Shown: piece by piece, positions 1-10,014 of the stretch
How the letters are laid out: each line of letters opens with the position of its first letter
How positions within the stretch are numbered: the first letter of the stretch is position 1
Assembly: GCA_027491735.1 (NCBI GenBank)
Contig: JAOZGP010000004.1
Location: forward strand, 19,523 to 83,522
Direction of reading: 5' to 3'
Source: Thermoproteota archaeon
Lineage (GTDB): Archaea; Korarchaeota; Korarchaeia; Korarchaeales; Korarchaeaceae
Length of the DNA: 64,000 nucleotides
Translations under genes and position numbers: made by a program
The notes under the pieces: generated by a model
Told to the model about the DNA's origin: nothing
Database searches by the model: none
What the model saw: only the letters and a program-made list of their open reading frames with translations

Positions 1-691
1 CCTCAGGATGATTGGTTATATGCCTCAGAGGTCCAGTCTGTACGACGATCTGACAGTTGAGGAGAACCTATACCTCTACACCATGCTGTACGACTTCTCT
101 AGACAGGAGGCCAAAAGACGAACTGAGGAACTCTTAAAGGAGTTTTTTCTGGACAAATTCAGGGACAGACTCGTCGGAAACTTGAGCGGCGGTATGAAGA
201 GGAGGCTAGCACTAGCCATCACGCTGGTTCACGATCCAAAGCTACTGATACTTGATGAGCCCACTGTGGGGGTTGATCCACCTCTGAGAAGACAGTTCTG
301 GGAGAGGTTCAGGCAACTCGTGAGCAAGGGGAAGACCATACTGGTCACCACCCACTACATGGATGAGGCAGAGAACTGCGATGAGATAGCCCTCATTTCG
401 CACGGGAGGATGATAGCGAGCGGAACTCCGGAGGCAATAAAAAGGAGGGCCTTCGGAGGGGAGCTGATCGAGGTTCTCTTGGATAGAGAACCTCCATGCG
501 ATCCTCCTGAATTTGCAAAAATAATCTCCGTAAACGGGAGGAAGGTCAGATTGTTGGTGGATGATTATGGAGGAAGATCGGCGCAGCTCATGGACTTCCT
601 AAGGGAGAGGGGGTTTAAAATCCTTGAGATGAGACCTGTCAGGGTCAGTTTGGAGGACGCCTTCATAAGGCTCATGGGGGAGAGGAGTTGA
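1..691 (+). CDS. ABC-2/multidrug-type ABC transporter ATP-binding subunit (5'-truncated by window edge)
   Basis: LSGGMKRR signature, LLILDEPT Walker B and TTHY H-loop are present. Walker A is absent and the frame is open to the window edge. Confidence 0.93.
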   Translation, partial: LRMIGYMPQRSSLYDDLTVEENLYLYTMLYDFSRQEAKRRTEELLKEFFLDKFRDRLVGNLSGGMKRRLALAITLVHDPKLLILDEPTVGVDPPLRRQFWERFRQLVSKGKTILVTTHYMDEAENCDEIALISHGRMIASGTPEAIKRRAFGGELIEVLLDREPPCDPPEFAKIISVNGRKVRLLVDDYGGRSAQLMDFLRERGFKILEMRPVRVSLEDAFIRLMGERS

Positions 692-1782
692 GGCTCATAG
701 CGATAATAGATAAGGAGCTCAAGCAGCTGATAAGGGATCCAAAGACCATAGTAATGGTTCTGCTGATGCCTATCTTCCTGACAATACTGTTCGGCTATGG
801 ATACAGCGGCAGGTCGAAGTTTCCCGTGGCCATCCTGAATGAGGACCGAGGAGGCTGTGGATATGAGCTCGTGAGGAAGCTCATTAACTCAGAAGACTTT
901 GACGTGGAATATTATGTGAGAACCTTCGATGAGGGAGTTGAGCTCGTCAAGGAAGGAGATGTTTATGCCACATTGGTCATACCAAGCGATTTCACCGAAT
1001 GCCTGCTCGTCGGGAAGTCCACCTACGTGCAGGTCATCTACGATGCAAGCAGTCCGACGGTCGCCCAGAGCATAATGCAGCTCGTTGGGGTGATAGTGCT
1101 CAAGTATCAGGAATGGGCCTCCTCGAGGTTCGGAACGTTCAGCATAAAGCCAACTTTTTACTCTGTGTACGGTCCTACAGTCACAAGAATAGAGAACTTC
1201 ATGCCGCCTCTCATGGGAACTCTCCTCCAGCTCGTCCCAACGAGTTTGATCTCCGTGTCGATATGCAGAGAGAGGGAAAGGGGTACCTTCGAGCAGTTTA
1301 TCATGACGCCGGTATCCCACTTCGAGGTGATACTGGGGAAATTTGTTGCCTACTTCGTGGCCACGATCTCCGACGCCGTGCTCACAATAGCTACTGCTGC
1401 GATACTGTTCAACGTGCAGTTCAGGGGAAGTCTGCTCGCTATACTGCTCCTGTCCTCGATATTTCTGGCTAGCTCACTCGCTCTCGGGTTGCTCCTCTCG
1501 GTGCTGTCGAAAAACCAGCTTCAGGCCTACCAAGCGAGCATATTTGTGTTCGTGCCGGCCATGCTGTTCTCGGGGATGTTCGTCCCGGTGAGGCTCCTCT
1601 CCAATGTCGCCGAGGTCATCGCCTATGCCATGCCTATATACTACTATATAGATGCATATAAGGCTGTTGCCATGAAGGGCCTTCCGCTGTCAGTGGTCAC
1701 GAGCGACGTAGTGGTGATCGTTGCTTTCACCGCTGCGTTCTTCCTCGCCTCCATGCGCATGCTGAAGTTGCGGGTGGAGTGA
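688..1782 (+). CDS. ABC-2 family permease
   Basis: KELKQLIRD start, RERERGTFEQFIMTP motif and several TM helices; overlaps the ATPase stop. Confidence 0.93.
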   Translation: MRLIAIIDKELKQLIRDPKTIVMVLLMPIFLTILFGYGYSGRSKFPVAILNEDRGGCGYELVRKLINSEDFDVEYYVRTFDEGVELVKEGDVYATLVIPSDFTECLLVGKSTYVQVIYDASSPTVAQSIMQLVGVIVLKYQEWASSRFGTFSIKPTFYSVYGPTVTRIENFMPPLMGTLLQLVPTSLISVSICRERERGTFEQFIMTPVSHFEVILGKFVAYFVATISDAVLTIATAAILFNVQFRGSLLAILLLSSIFLASSLALGLLLSVLSKNQLQAYQASIFVFVPAMLFSGMFVPVRLLSNVAEVIAYAMPIYYYIDAYKAVAMKGLPLSVVTSDVVVIVAFTAAFFLASMRMLKLRVE

Positions 1783-1783
1783 G

Positions 1784-3388
1784 ATGCTGGAGCATCCTCA
1801 CGACAGGTGCCTTGTCTTTGCCCTCGCCATCCTTATTCTAGCCACTCTATCGATGAGCATCCTGTCCTCTACTGCTGAACCCCAGTCTCAGAACATGCCG
1901 GTAGTGCAGCAGCCTCCATACTATTTAGTCACGTCCGCTGAATCCGGGAATCAGTCGAGACCTGTCATAAGCCTCAAGCTCGAGGTGACCAGGATACCGG
2001 TGGAGGAGGAGAGGGACCTACCCGTGGTAGTCCAGAACATGGGGAACGCCACCGCTGAGAAAGCGATCTTGGACTTCTACCCGGGAGCGATGATGGTGAT
2101 GGAGAGCGACAGCAGGTTCGTTGTGAAGAACCTCACGCCGGGAGATGCTAAGGTCGTGAAGCTCAAGGTCAGGATATCCAAGTACGCCACTGGACCGGTG
2201 AAGCTATGGGTGAGGATGATGTACTGGGACAAGAACGGAACGTTTTACACCGATTACGTTCAACTTTCGGTTGAGCCGATAATCCCGGGCTCTCCAAACA
2301 TTCTTCTAGTCCCCTCGGACCAGGTAGTTGTTCCAGACAAGATAAACATCCTCAACTTCTCTGTGGTGAATTACGGAGGAGATGCAGACAACGTGACCGT
2401 GAAGCTTGTCGTTCCATCACAGGTGGGGGCCATAATAGGACCGAACACCGAGTTCGCAGGAGAGGTGAAGAGAGGAGAGAGAGAAAACCTTTCCATACAG
2501 GTGTACGTGTTTCCAGGAGTCTATGGCGCGCTTGAGGTGGAGGCCTACATAAGCTACAGGGACTTCAGGGGAGTTCCTGACACCTCGGTCCAGACCTTTG
2601 GATACAGGGTGAGGGGATCGGCCAGGATAGCTGTGAGCACCTATTACACAAATCCAACACCGGTCTTTCCTGGTGATAGGTACGTGAGGCTTGTTGTCGT
2701 GATCAACAACATCGGAGATTACGTGGCGAGGGACGTCTGGGTCAATCTCTCCCTCCCGAAGGGCATGAAACCATCCTTTGCCGGATCATGCGCCATCAAG
2801 GTTCCGGTGTTGCCAACCGATAAACCAGTTGAGCTGACGTACAGGATAGACCTGTCGGACAGGCTCGCTCCTGGAATATATAGGATGAAGGTCATGACAG
2901 ACAAGGCAGGTAACTCGTCATTCTACATCACAGTGGACGAGAAGGCCGGGTTTACTGTTGAGGGAATTTTCTTGAGCAAGAGACCGACCCCTGGGCTTAG
3001 AGGTGAGAAGATCAGGATAGCCGTGAGGAATTTGGGAAACGCCACCGCCAAGAGTGTTAAGGTCGATCTGATGAGTCCCTTCATATCAGGAACGACCAGT
3101 GTGATGCTCGGCGACATTCCCGGTGGAGCGGAGGAGTTTCCGGTTATGGAGGTGGACATATCCAAGTACGCTCCTCAGGGAAACCTGACCTTGGAGTTTC
3201 ACATAGAGTGGAACCAAGACGGAAGACAACTCAGCGAGGTTGTAAGAAAACAAATAGTGGTGGAGAGGGAGGAAGGAGATTTTATTCCCATGCTTTTGAT
3301 GGCCTGTCTTGTGGTCGTGCTCCTGATTACGTACAAGCACCCCATTGGAAGGAGGATCCTGAAGTCCATCAGAGGGAGCTCAGGATGA
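1784..3388 (+). CDS. COG1361-type S-layer/Ig-like repeat surface protein
   Basis: Signal peptide, repeated V/I-x-N-x-G-x-x-x-A Ig-like modules and C-terminal TM anchor; a usual neighbour of archaeal ABC exporters. Confidence 0.8.
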   Translation: MLEHPHDRCLVFALAILILATLSMSILSSTAEPQSQNMPVVQQPPYYLVTSAESGNQSRPVISLKLEVTRIPVEEERDLPVVVQNMGNATAEKAILDFYPGAMMVMESDSRFVVKNLTPGDAKVVKLKVRISKYATGPVKLWVRMMYWDKNGTFYTDYVQLSVEPIIPGSPNILLVPSDQVVVPDKINILNFSVVNYGGDADNVTVKLVVPSQVGAIIGPNTEFAGEVKRGERENLSIQVYVFPGVYGALEVEAYISYRDFRGVPDTSVQTFGYRVRGSARIAVSTYYTNPTPVFPGDRYVRLVVVINNIGDYVARDVWVNLSLPKGMKPSFAGSCAIKVPVLPTDKPVELTYRIDLSDRLAPGIYRMKVMTDKAGNSSFYITVDEKAGFTVEGIFLSKRPTPGLRGEKIRIAVRNLGNATAKSVKVDLMSPFISGTTSVMLGDIPGGAEEFPVMEVDISKYAPQGNLTLEFHIEWNQDGRQLSEVVRKQIVVEREEGDFIPMLLMACLVVVLLITYKHPIGRRILKSIRGSSG

Positions 3389-3758
3389 TCTCCCCGCCGG
3401 AGAGTTTGATCTTTATGATGTTCCCTTTTATGCTGCAAGACCTCACCACGACTCCAGACCTTAAGGAGGAGGTGGAGAATCCATAGAAAGGACCTGCAGA
3501 CACCGTTACCGAGACCATCGAGGAGTTCACGCTTATCGCGATATCCCCTGCGGATGTGAACCTCAGCACGAACCCCCCACTGACTGCTCCTGCTCTGCTG
3601 TCGAAGGCCAAGGTGTCTATGGCTGAGGACACCTCACCAGCAATCACTGAGGCCTCTGAGTCCAGGAGAGAGATCTCATAGGGAGCTCCTTGAATTATGA
3701 TGTAAGAGAACGTCAGTGAGATAAGCAGAAGGGCTGCGGAGGATATCACCCTGTTCAC
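3369..3758 (-). CDS. pilin-like protein (N-terminal hydrophobic helix plus small beta domain)
   Basis: MNRVISSAALLLISL N-terminal helix; last gene of the pilus-like operon. Confidence 0.5.
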   Translation of the reverse strand: MNRVISSAALLLISLTFSYIIIQGAPYEISLLDSEASVIAGEVSSAIDTLAFDSRAGAVSGGFVLRFTSAGDIAISVNSSMVSVTVSAGPFYGFSTSSLRSGVVVRSCSIKGNIIKIKLSGGEIILSSL

Positions 3759-4957
3759 GCTGGGATCCCTCCTGAGAGTATGGGGAAAGCCACCGCCGCA
3801 AAGGCGATCTCCCCCAATCCGCTCACCAGGTTGCCCGTCCTCAAGCTCCCAAGAAAGAGTGAATAGGTCAACACATTTGCGAACATGAGAGATTCCAGTG
3901 AAGTCAAGGAGGAGCAGTAGGAAGCAAGCCTCGGTATTGAGACCAGGGTTGCATGTAGTATCCTCACCACGAGAGCCATCATGACCACCAAGATAAGGCC
4001 TGCCAGGGATCTGATCCTCCTCTCGTGAAGCTCCTCCTTGGTCGATGACCTGATCCAGCTCGAGAGGTTCAGAATCGATCTGTGAGCATCCTCTGGATCT
4101 GATCCAAGCTTGGTCAAGTACCTCAAAAGCTCTAGGACTATTGAGACTCTGGTTCCCTCGAGAAGCCTCTCCAGTTTAAGGGCCCTCTCTGTGGAAAATG
4201 ATCCCCCGGATGTGAAGAACTCAGAACTCGCAATCTCCAGATCATCCAGTCCGGACATCATCCTGCGAACCTTCCTTCTCTCGTCAAGAAGGATGGGAAG
4301 GTAAGCCAACGCTGAAGACATGAAAAGAGATGCGCTCAGCGAGGAATAGCTGTTCAGAACGCTGGAGATCGCCAGATAAAGTGGAACTGCTGCTAACATC
4401 AGCAGAGCAGATGTCAAGATCGGTTTTCTCCCAATGCGGAAGGGAGGATCTGACGACACAAGCGGGATCGACACCAGACAGACCGTCAATCCAGTGAGCG
4501 AGAACATGGAGCTTGTTGAGATGTCAATCTCACCGCTCAAGCTTCCAGATATCATGAGAGCGTACACCACTGTCATGGGGAGTATCATCGCTGTTATGCT
4601 TGTCAAGGTCGCTAGGGAAGCTATCCTGGATAAAGAATCTCTCTTCTCCCTGAACAGGTCCTCCAGGAGCTCCCTGAACCTAGCAGATAGAACGTCCTCT
4701 CCTGCGGACCTTAAACCACCTACCACACGAGCGATCAAGGACATAGATCTTCTGAACTCTCCAGGGACCATCTGTAGGGAGGATGATCCTAGGTATCTCA
4801 GGGACCTACCCAAGTTCTCCAAAAAGGTCATCCCGCTGGACCTGCCTCCTAGCTCCAAGGACATCCCGACGGGAAGACCCGCCGATATGGAAGCCCAGAT
4901 AACTCCCACCGTCAGCCAGTTCAGCTTATTCCTTCTGAAAACCCCCAAGGATCTCAT
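3755..4957 (-). CDS. TadC/ArlJ/T2SS-F-like membrane platform protein (divergent)
   Basis: Polytopic protein with two cytoplasmic-domain/TM halves, directly after the secretion ATPase; likely start is ATG at 4957. Confidence 0.6.
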   Translation of the reverse strand: MRSLGVFRRNKLNWLTVGVIWASISAGLPVGMSLELGGRSSGMTFLENLGRSLRYLGSSSLQMVPGEFRRSMSLIARVVGGLRSAGEDVLSARFRELLEDLFREKRDSLSRIASLATLTSITAMILPMTVVYALMISGSLSGEIDISTSSMFSLTGLTVCLVSIPLVSSDPPFRIGRKPILTSALLMLAAVPLYLAISSVLNSYSSLSASLFMSSALAYLPILLDERRKVRRMMSGLDDLEIASSEFFTSGGSFSTERALKLERLLEGTRVSIVLELLRYLTKLGSDPEDAHRSILNLSSWIRSSTKEELHERRIRSLAGLILVVMMALVVRILHATLVSIPRLASYCSSLTSLESLMFANVLTYSLFLGSLRTGNLVSGLGEIAFAAVAFPILSGGIPA

Positions 4958-6202
4958 GGTACTCCCTCTCGATTCTGCTCTCATCGACATATTCTCTCTC
5001 AGCTATTCTTGAGAAGATGTCCGACCGATCGAGGGAGAGACCCTCCCTCAGGGAAAACACCCTCACCAAGCCCTCCTCTCTCGGTTCAGTCACCTCGACA
5101 ACCTTCCTCCTTCCGTTAACTCTCTTCATCAGAACTATCGCTAGTAGATCAGTTATCGATGTTGGATTGACGTTTAAGGGAAATGAGGTAAGTCTCTTCA
5201 CAGCATCATCACATGAGATAGCGTGAAACGTCGTCAGAGCTGTTCCCCGAGCCTTATGTACTGGAAGAGCATCCTCGTTTCCCTGCCACGAGCTTCTCCG
5301 AGGATTATGTAGTTGGGTCTCATCCTCAGGACATCCCTCAGCAGGTCTTCCAACGTGGGTCTTGATCCAGGCTCTCCTCCTTGCCTCACGAGAACTCTCG
5401 TGAAGTTCCTCACACCCACGAGGGAGATCTCCGCTGAGTCCTCTATCAGGACAACCTTTCTGTTTGCAGGTATTTCGTTGAGGAGGGAGGTGAGGAGAGT
5501 CGTCTTTCCTGCCCCAGTCTCCCCGACTATCAACCCGGACATCCCATGCTTAACCATCAACTCCAGATAGGCAGCTTCCTCAGTTTGAAGTAACCCTTCG
5601 GATACCAGATCCTTCAGCGAGGGAGATCTCACGAACTTCCTCATGGATATGGAAGCTCCTCCTGCTCCATCAGGATTCAACAGTATGTGCACCCTTATAG
5701 GTGTCCCCTTCACCTTGATCACCCCCTCGACCCTTGGATTGGACATGTTCAGTTGTTTTCTCATCCTCTCAGCCAGTTTGAAGGCAAGCTCCTCGGAGAG
5801 CTCCCTGTTTAGGGTCAGATTTGTTGGATACCACTCACCACTCAAGTTCACGTAAAGTCTGCACCCTCCTGATATTCCGTAGGATATGTCCTCGACGTCA
5901 GGATCCATGATTAGTGGGTGCAGCTCCCTGAGCCCGAGGAGATCCCTGCTGACGTAGTAGGAGAAGATCTCTGCGGTCTGCTCATCAGTGAACTTCGAGG
6001 AGATTTCTGTTATGACTCTGTTAATGGCTTTCTCCAGCGGCATCCTCTCCAGATATCTCACGGTTTTCCTCAAAACCTCCCTTAATAGGTCTTCTGGAGG
6101 TCTTTCCGGCTCAAAGACCTCGTAAATTCCTCTGGAGATCTTTCTGCTTATCCACATACTGATCCTCCTCGAGTTCCTGGGAGGCAGATATCGCAGGCTC
6201 AT
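4926..6202 (-). pseudogene. type II/IV secretion ATPase (TadA/ArlI/VirB11 family) split by a 1-nt frameshift
   Basis: GETGAGKTT, IEDSAEI and LRMRPNYIILGEARG lie in ORF 5234-6202. The LTTFHA His-box and KRLTSFPLNV tail are in another frame (ORF 4926-5201). Adding one G to the G4 run at 5245-5248 joins them. Confidence 0.85.
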
Positions 6203-6225
6203 GAGAGGCCTTCTGGAGAGTGGGA

Positions 6226-6665
6226 TCAGAACATCACCTCCAGATCTTCTACGGCCATCCTCCTTCTCTCCTCGACGCTTGGCCTTAATCTTCTCCTGCC
6301 TACCAGCAGAGTCGGTAGAAGGAGAAGGGATATAACAGGTGATTGTGGATACAACAGGTTTACCTTATTCAAGAGCTCTGGGTACATGAGCGTTGGAATT
6401 AGAGGTGCCGCCACATGGCCATGAGCACGACCATGAGCTCGGATTTCCTCCTACCGATCCCCACGATGACGGGCATGGACAACATGGCCACGTCATCCAC
6501 TAGGATGATCGTGCTCTGACAGGTCAAGATCGACTGGAGAGCTGTTGAGGCAAAATAAAAAAGGAGAGCAGATCCCTTAGTCCTTCGGAACCGCACCAAG
6601 GCCGAGGCTATGATCTCCACGATGAAGAGAGGTACTTTAACTGTTAAAAATGAGCTCCACTCCAT
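6226..6665 (-). pseudogene. multi-TM membrane protein split by a 1-nt frameshift
   Basis: Overlapping hydrophobic ORFs 6399-6665 and 6226-6414 join as VVLMAM-VAAPLIP if one base is added near 6414. Confidence 0.55.
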
Positions 6666-7092
6666 GGGAATCCCTTCTAACAATTAGATGTGTTCTCTCA
6701 GTGATCAGCCCCCTGACACATATTTTCACGTTTGCGAAGAGGACCAGTGCGGTTCTTCCGTTGGCGTTCGTGGAAACCACCCCGGCTGTCGAGGAGTTGT
6801 ACAGGACACCCAAACTCCTGTACCCCAGATCTGTGATGAACACCAGGGATGTGCCGTTTCCGGCAATGTCCTCAACTCTTGGTAGATCTAGCATCGCCGT
6901 TTGCTCGCTTCCGACCCCCTCCTTGTATGTTTCAGTTACCATATCGGCGATCTCGACTACTGATTCCGTCAAGGTGGCCAGATCTAATTGAGCCCTCTCC
7001 TCCTCGAGATGGAAGTACCATGAGGGGATCACCACGGTTATGGACAGCAGACCCACGAGCATCAGCGCTAGCTCTGAGAGAGCAACGTCCAT
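6637..7092 (-). CDS. pilin-like protein
   Basis: MDVALSELALMLVGLL N-terminal helix, an amphipathic helix, then a G-x-G-S turn and beta region. Confidence 0.55.
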   Translation of the reverse strand: MDVALSELALMLVGLLSITVVIPSWYFHLEEERAQLDLATLTESVVEIADMVTETYKEGVGSEQTAMLDLPRVEDIAGNGTSLVFITDLGYRSLGVLYNSSTAGVVSTNANGRTALVLFANVKICVRGLITERTHLIVRRDSHGVELIFNS

Positions 7093-7093
7093 G

Positions 7094-7282
7094 CTAGACC
7101 CTCTCGTATATCAAGGTCGTGAAGATCATCCAGACCACGGCCAAATATCCTTCCAGGAAGAGGATCTCAGGAGCTAAGGTCTCCATGTTCACCATTGCCA
7201 CAACAGTCTTGATCATGAGCAGAGCCAGGAGGATCAATATGTTCAGTGTTGGGAGCACTGAAACGAGATTTCTAGCCCTCAT
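7094..7282 (-). CDS. small 2-TM membrane protein
   Basis: 62 aa with two hydrophobic segments, translationally coupled within the operon. Confidence 0.55.
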   Translation of the reverse strand: MRARNLVSVLPTLNILILLALLMIKTVVAMVNMETLAPEILFLEGYLAVVWMIFTTLIYERV

Positions 7283-7725
7283 GGGCTCACCGTGTAGGTT
7301 GCAGTCACGCCACTTGGCCCACTGACCATTATGTTAGCAGGACCGGTGTTCAGGTTCAGCTCCACCGCCGGGGTTCTTATCTCAAGCATCGAGTTCGGAG
7401 CGAACTCACCGGTAGAGCCATGAAGTATCACAGATGTCGGCATCACAGATTCTCTGCTGCCATCGCCTCTTTTCACGTTGACCATCCACATGGACGCATT
7501 GCCCACGGGTATCGGAGAGTTGCCCGTGTTCTGCACCATCACATCGGTTAGCTTACCTCCGTTCACGGTGACGCCAACTATCTTCACCACGGTCTTCGGA
7601 AGAACTCCTGCCGCTGTTCCAGTCATTTCAGCGGCTTTTCCCTGAGCCCAGAAGTAGAGTCCCGCTACCAAGGTCAGGCCGACCAAGATCAGACCTATCT
7701 CCACAAAAACTGCCTTCAATCCCAT
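7279..7725 (-). CDS. archaeal pilin / ArlG-like beta-sandwich protein (candidate major subunit)
   Basis: KAVFVEIGLILVGLTLVAGLYFW helix, VQNTG motif, FAP..LEI and C-terminal VSGPSGV; has its own upstream gap (7726-7797). Confidence 0.7.
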   Translation of the reverse strand: MGLKAVFVEIGLILVGLTLVAGLYFWAQGKAAEMTGTAAGVLPKTVVKIVGVTVNGGKLTDVMVQNTGNSPIPVGNASMWMVNVKRGDGSRESVMPTSVILHGSTGEFAPNSMLEIRTPAVELNLNTGPANIMVSGPSGVTATYTVSP

Positions 7726-7797
7726 CCCCAGCTTAAGAAGAGGAAAGAGGACCTTGTTCTGTAAGGTCAGGAAAATTTTGAGAGAGATTGTGTGAAA

Positions 7798-8766
7798 CTA
7801 TCGCTCATCCAGTCTGACAAATTCATTCCCTCGTCTGCCCTTTCTAAGAAGCGATCTTATCCTCTCGAGCAGTCCTCTGCCCTCGGTCACCAGCACAATC
7901 CTCTCGTTGCTCTCGACGTCTGACCCCCTTATCACTTCCAGAGCGGTCTTGAGCCTCTCAACACCTATATCAGAAGCTGTCGGTCCGAGTCTGTGTAGAT
8001 AGTTGGCTATCTTCATTATATCGGAGGCCTCATCGCTCTCAGGATGCTCCAGCAGAAGAGGAACTCCTCTTCTGTAACACTCCGCGAACAAATCGCTTCT
8101 CCTCACTGTGAAGATCCTTCCACCCCTGGACAGCATGACCTCCGCCCTCTCGACCTCGTCGTAGTGGTCGACGAACTTGTTTATCACAAGAGCCCTCACA
8201 TCCGTGTCGGTTAGAGCGGTGAGGTTGACGAGCCTCTCGCAGTTCTCCATGCTGGACTCGTTGGGCTCCACTACGGGAACGAAATGATCACTTGAGGACA
8301 GTATCATCAGGTAGTCCAGGAGAGAGGAGAGGCCTCCGGACCCTGGGGAGTCTATCACCACCAACCCATACCTCCTCAGCTTCTTCACCAGATTGGAAAA
8401 TCTTTCGGTGCACTTTCTGAGCTTCTCAGCTGGAGCCTCTCCCTTCTCATTCCTGACTCCGCCTGGCACAAAGAAGAAGTCCTCAACACCGAGGAATCTG
8501 CTTTCATAGGCTATGGACAGAGGATCGTCCACATCTCCTTCCATGTAGTCCTTTACCGACTTCATCTCGCCCCTGAGGATCAGGGGAAGATACTTCTTGT
8601 TCCAGAGGTGTACAGCGCTCTGCCTTCCCATATCCATGCTTATGAAGAATACTCTGATCCCTTTCTCCGCCAGGGCTAGGGCCACGTTGAAGCTCACCGT
8701 CGTCTTACCTGTTCCTCCACCCTGAAGGCCGAAGGCTATGGATAGCTCATGGTGAGTAGATCGCAT
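7798..8766 (-). CDS. MinD/ParA-family ATPase
   Basis: GGGTGKTT P-loop, VIDSPG switch II, VINK motif and basic amphipathic C-terminus (LLERIRSLLRK). Confidence 0.85.
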   Translation of the reverse strand: MRSTHHELSIAFGLQGGGTGKTTVSFNVALALAEKGIRVFFISMDMGRQSAVHLWNKKYLPLILRGEMKSVKDYMEGDVDDPLSIAYESRFLGVEDFFFVPGGVRNEKGEAPAEKLRKCTERFSNLVKKLRRYGLVVIDSPGSGGLSSLLDYLMILSSSDHFVPVVEPNESSMENCERLVNLTALTDTDVRALVINKFVDHYDEVERAEVMLSRGGRIFTVRRSDLFAECYRRGVPLLLEHPESDEASDIMKIANYLHRLGPTASDIGVERLKTALEVIRGSDVESNERIVLVTEGRGLLERIRSLLRKGRRGNEFVRLDER

Positions 8767-9127
8767 GAGCCTCGCACCCCCTAGGACCTAGGACGTCTAT
8801 CGAGAAGTAACTTCCTGAAATTCGTCGAAAGTTCAGCTTCAGAGTGGTTCCCGGGGTGAGTAGCTTTCCATCAGGTAGGTCAGCTGTGAAGGACACTGAG
8901 GTTCCGTTTATCCAGAGGTTCCAGTCCTTCATGTGAAAGACGATGGACCTTGGACCTACCACGGTGATACACACCCTCCCGTCCGGATTGAAGCAGGTTA
9001 TTCTTACCCTTGGAGACTCCTCCTGCACCAGAAAGGGAGCCGTCTTCAGGCTCATGGGAAGCAGTACGGTGAACATCAGGGCTAGGGAGGTCGCTGTTAA
9101 GGCGATCACCGTAAGGACTCTGTTCAT
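8747..9127 (-). CDS. ArlF/ArlG-like pilin-fold protein
   Basis: Real start is likely MNRVLTVIAL (ATG at 9127). The WNLWING..LTPG..IDVLGPRG pattern parallels the 7279-7725 protein. Confidence 0.6.
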   Translation of the reverse strand: MNRVLTVIALTATSLALMFTVLLPMSLKTAPFLVQEESPRVRITCFNPDGRVCITVVGPRSIVFHMKDWNLWINGTSVSFTADLPDGKLLTPGTTLKLNFRRISGSYFSIDVLGPRGCEAHAIYSP

Positions 9128-10014
9128 CCTCCCACCTCCACCAACGTCCTCGGAGGGTTGAGAACCACAACTCCATGGACCTCCGTTCTTGATCCGTCTG
9201 GAAGGATCACTTCTTGGTCCACGGATATCGGGTTGAGGAAAAAGCCTCCTCTGCAGAGGTTCACATCCGTCATCTGACCTGATCCCTCCGCCACCTTCCT
9301 CGGACCTGAGCGCAGCGTCCACCTGATGGGCTTACCCCCGCTCACCGAAGCATGGACTTCGCACTTTGAGACCTCCAACATCATCTCGGGCGTGTTGGAT
9401 GTATTGGAGACCAGCACCTCCGAGGAGGCTGTGCACATCTCTCCCCCATGAGAGAGCATCACCTCCACCATGATTGATCCCGGGGTGTTTGGAGCTTGAA
9501 TCTCGATCTCACGCACTCCTTTCAGACTTACAGGAATCTCCTCATTTACCAGACCTGAGATCATCACGATCCCTCTTGAGTTGAGGGGAAGGCCGTCCTT
9601 GCTTGTGCTCACCAGGTGTATCTTGAGGACTTCTCCCATCTTGACGAGGTCCGACTGAGGAACGACCTCACAGTACATCCCCCTTCCCTCAGGACTGAAG
9701 GTAAGGACCAGGCTTCGTTCAGTTCTCCTTCCAAAGGTGCTTTTCCACACAACGCTGCCGTTCCACACCTGAGTGATCCTTATGTACGCGTCTCTGTCCC
9801 CGCTCACAGCGCTGTAGAACCCGGACAACTTCTCACAGGGACTTTCGTGCTTGAGAGCTGATTCCTCGAGCAGATCCTCCACTCCCATGGCCATCACCCT
9901 GACCGGGATCAAATCGGCGCTCCGGTGGTCGTTCACGCTAACCATCAGGGAGGTCGAGAGGAGCATTATTGCTATAACGGAGCTAAGGGCCAGAACATCA
10001 TCCAAAGATATCAC
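9124..10014 (-). CDS. membrane-anchored extracellular protein (minor pilin-like)
   Basis: MISLDDVLALSSVIAIMLL N-terminal helix with a beta-rich remainder. Confidence 0.5.
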   Translation of the reverse strand: MISLDDVLALSSVIAIMLLSTSLMVSVNDHRSADLIPVRVMAMGVEDLLEESALKHESPCEKLSGFYSAVSGDRDAYIRITQVWNGSVVWKSTFGRRTERSLVLTFSPEGRGMYCEVVPQSDLVKMGEVLKIHLVSTSKDGLPLNSRGIVMISGLVNEEIPVSLKGVREIEIQAPNTPGSIMVEVMLSHGGEMCTASSEVLVSNTSNTPEMMLEVSKCEVHASVSGGKPIRWTLRSGPRKVAEGSGQMTDVNLCRGGFFLNPISVDQEVILPDGSRTEVHGVVVLNPPRTLVEVGG

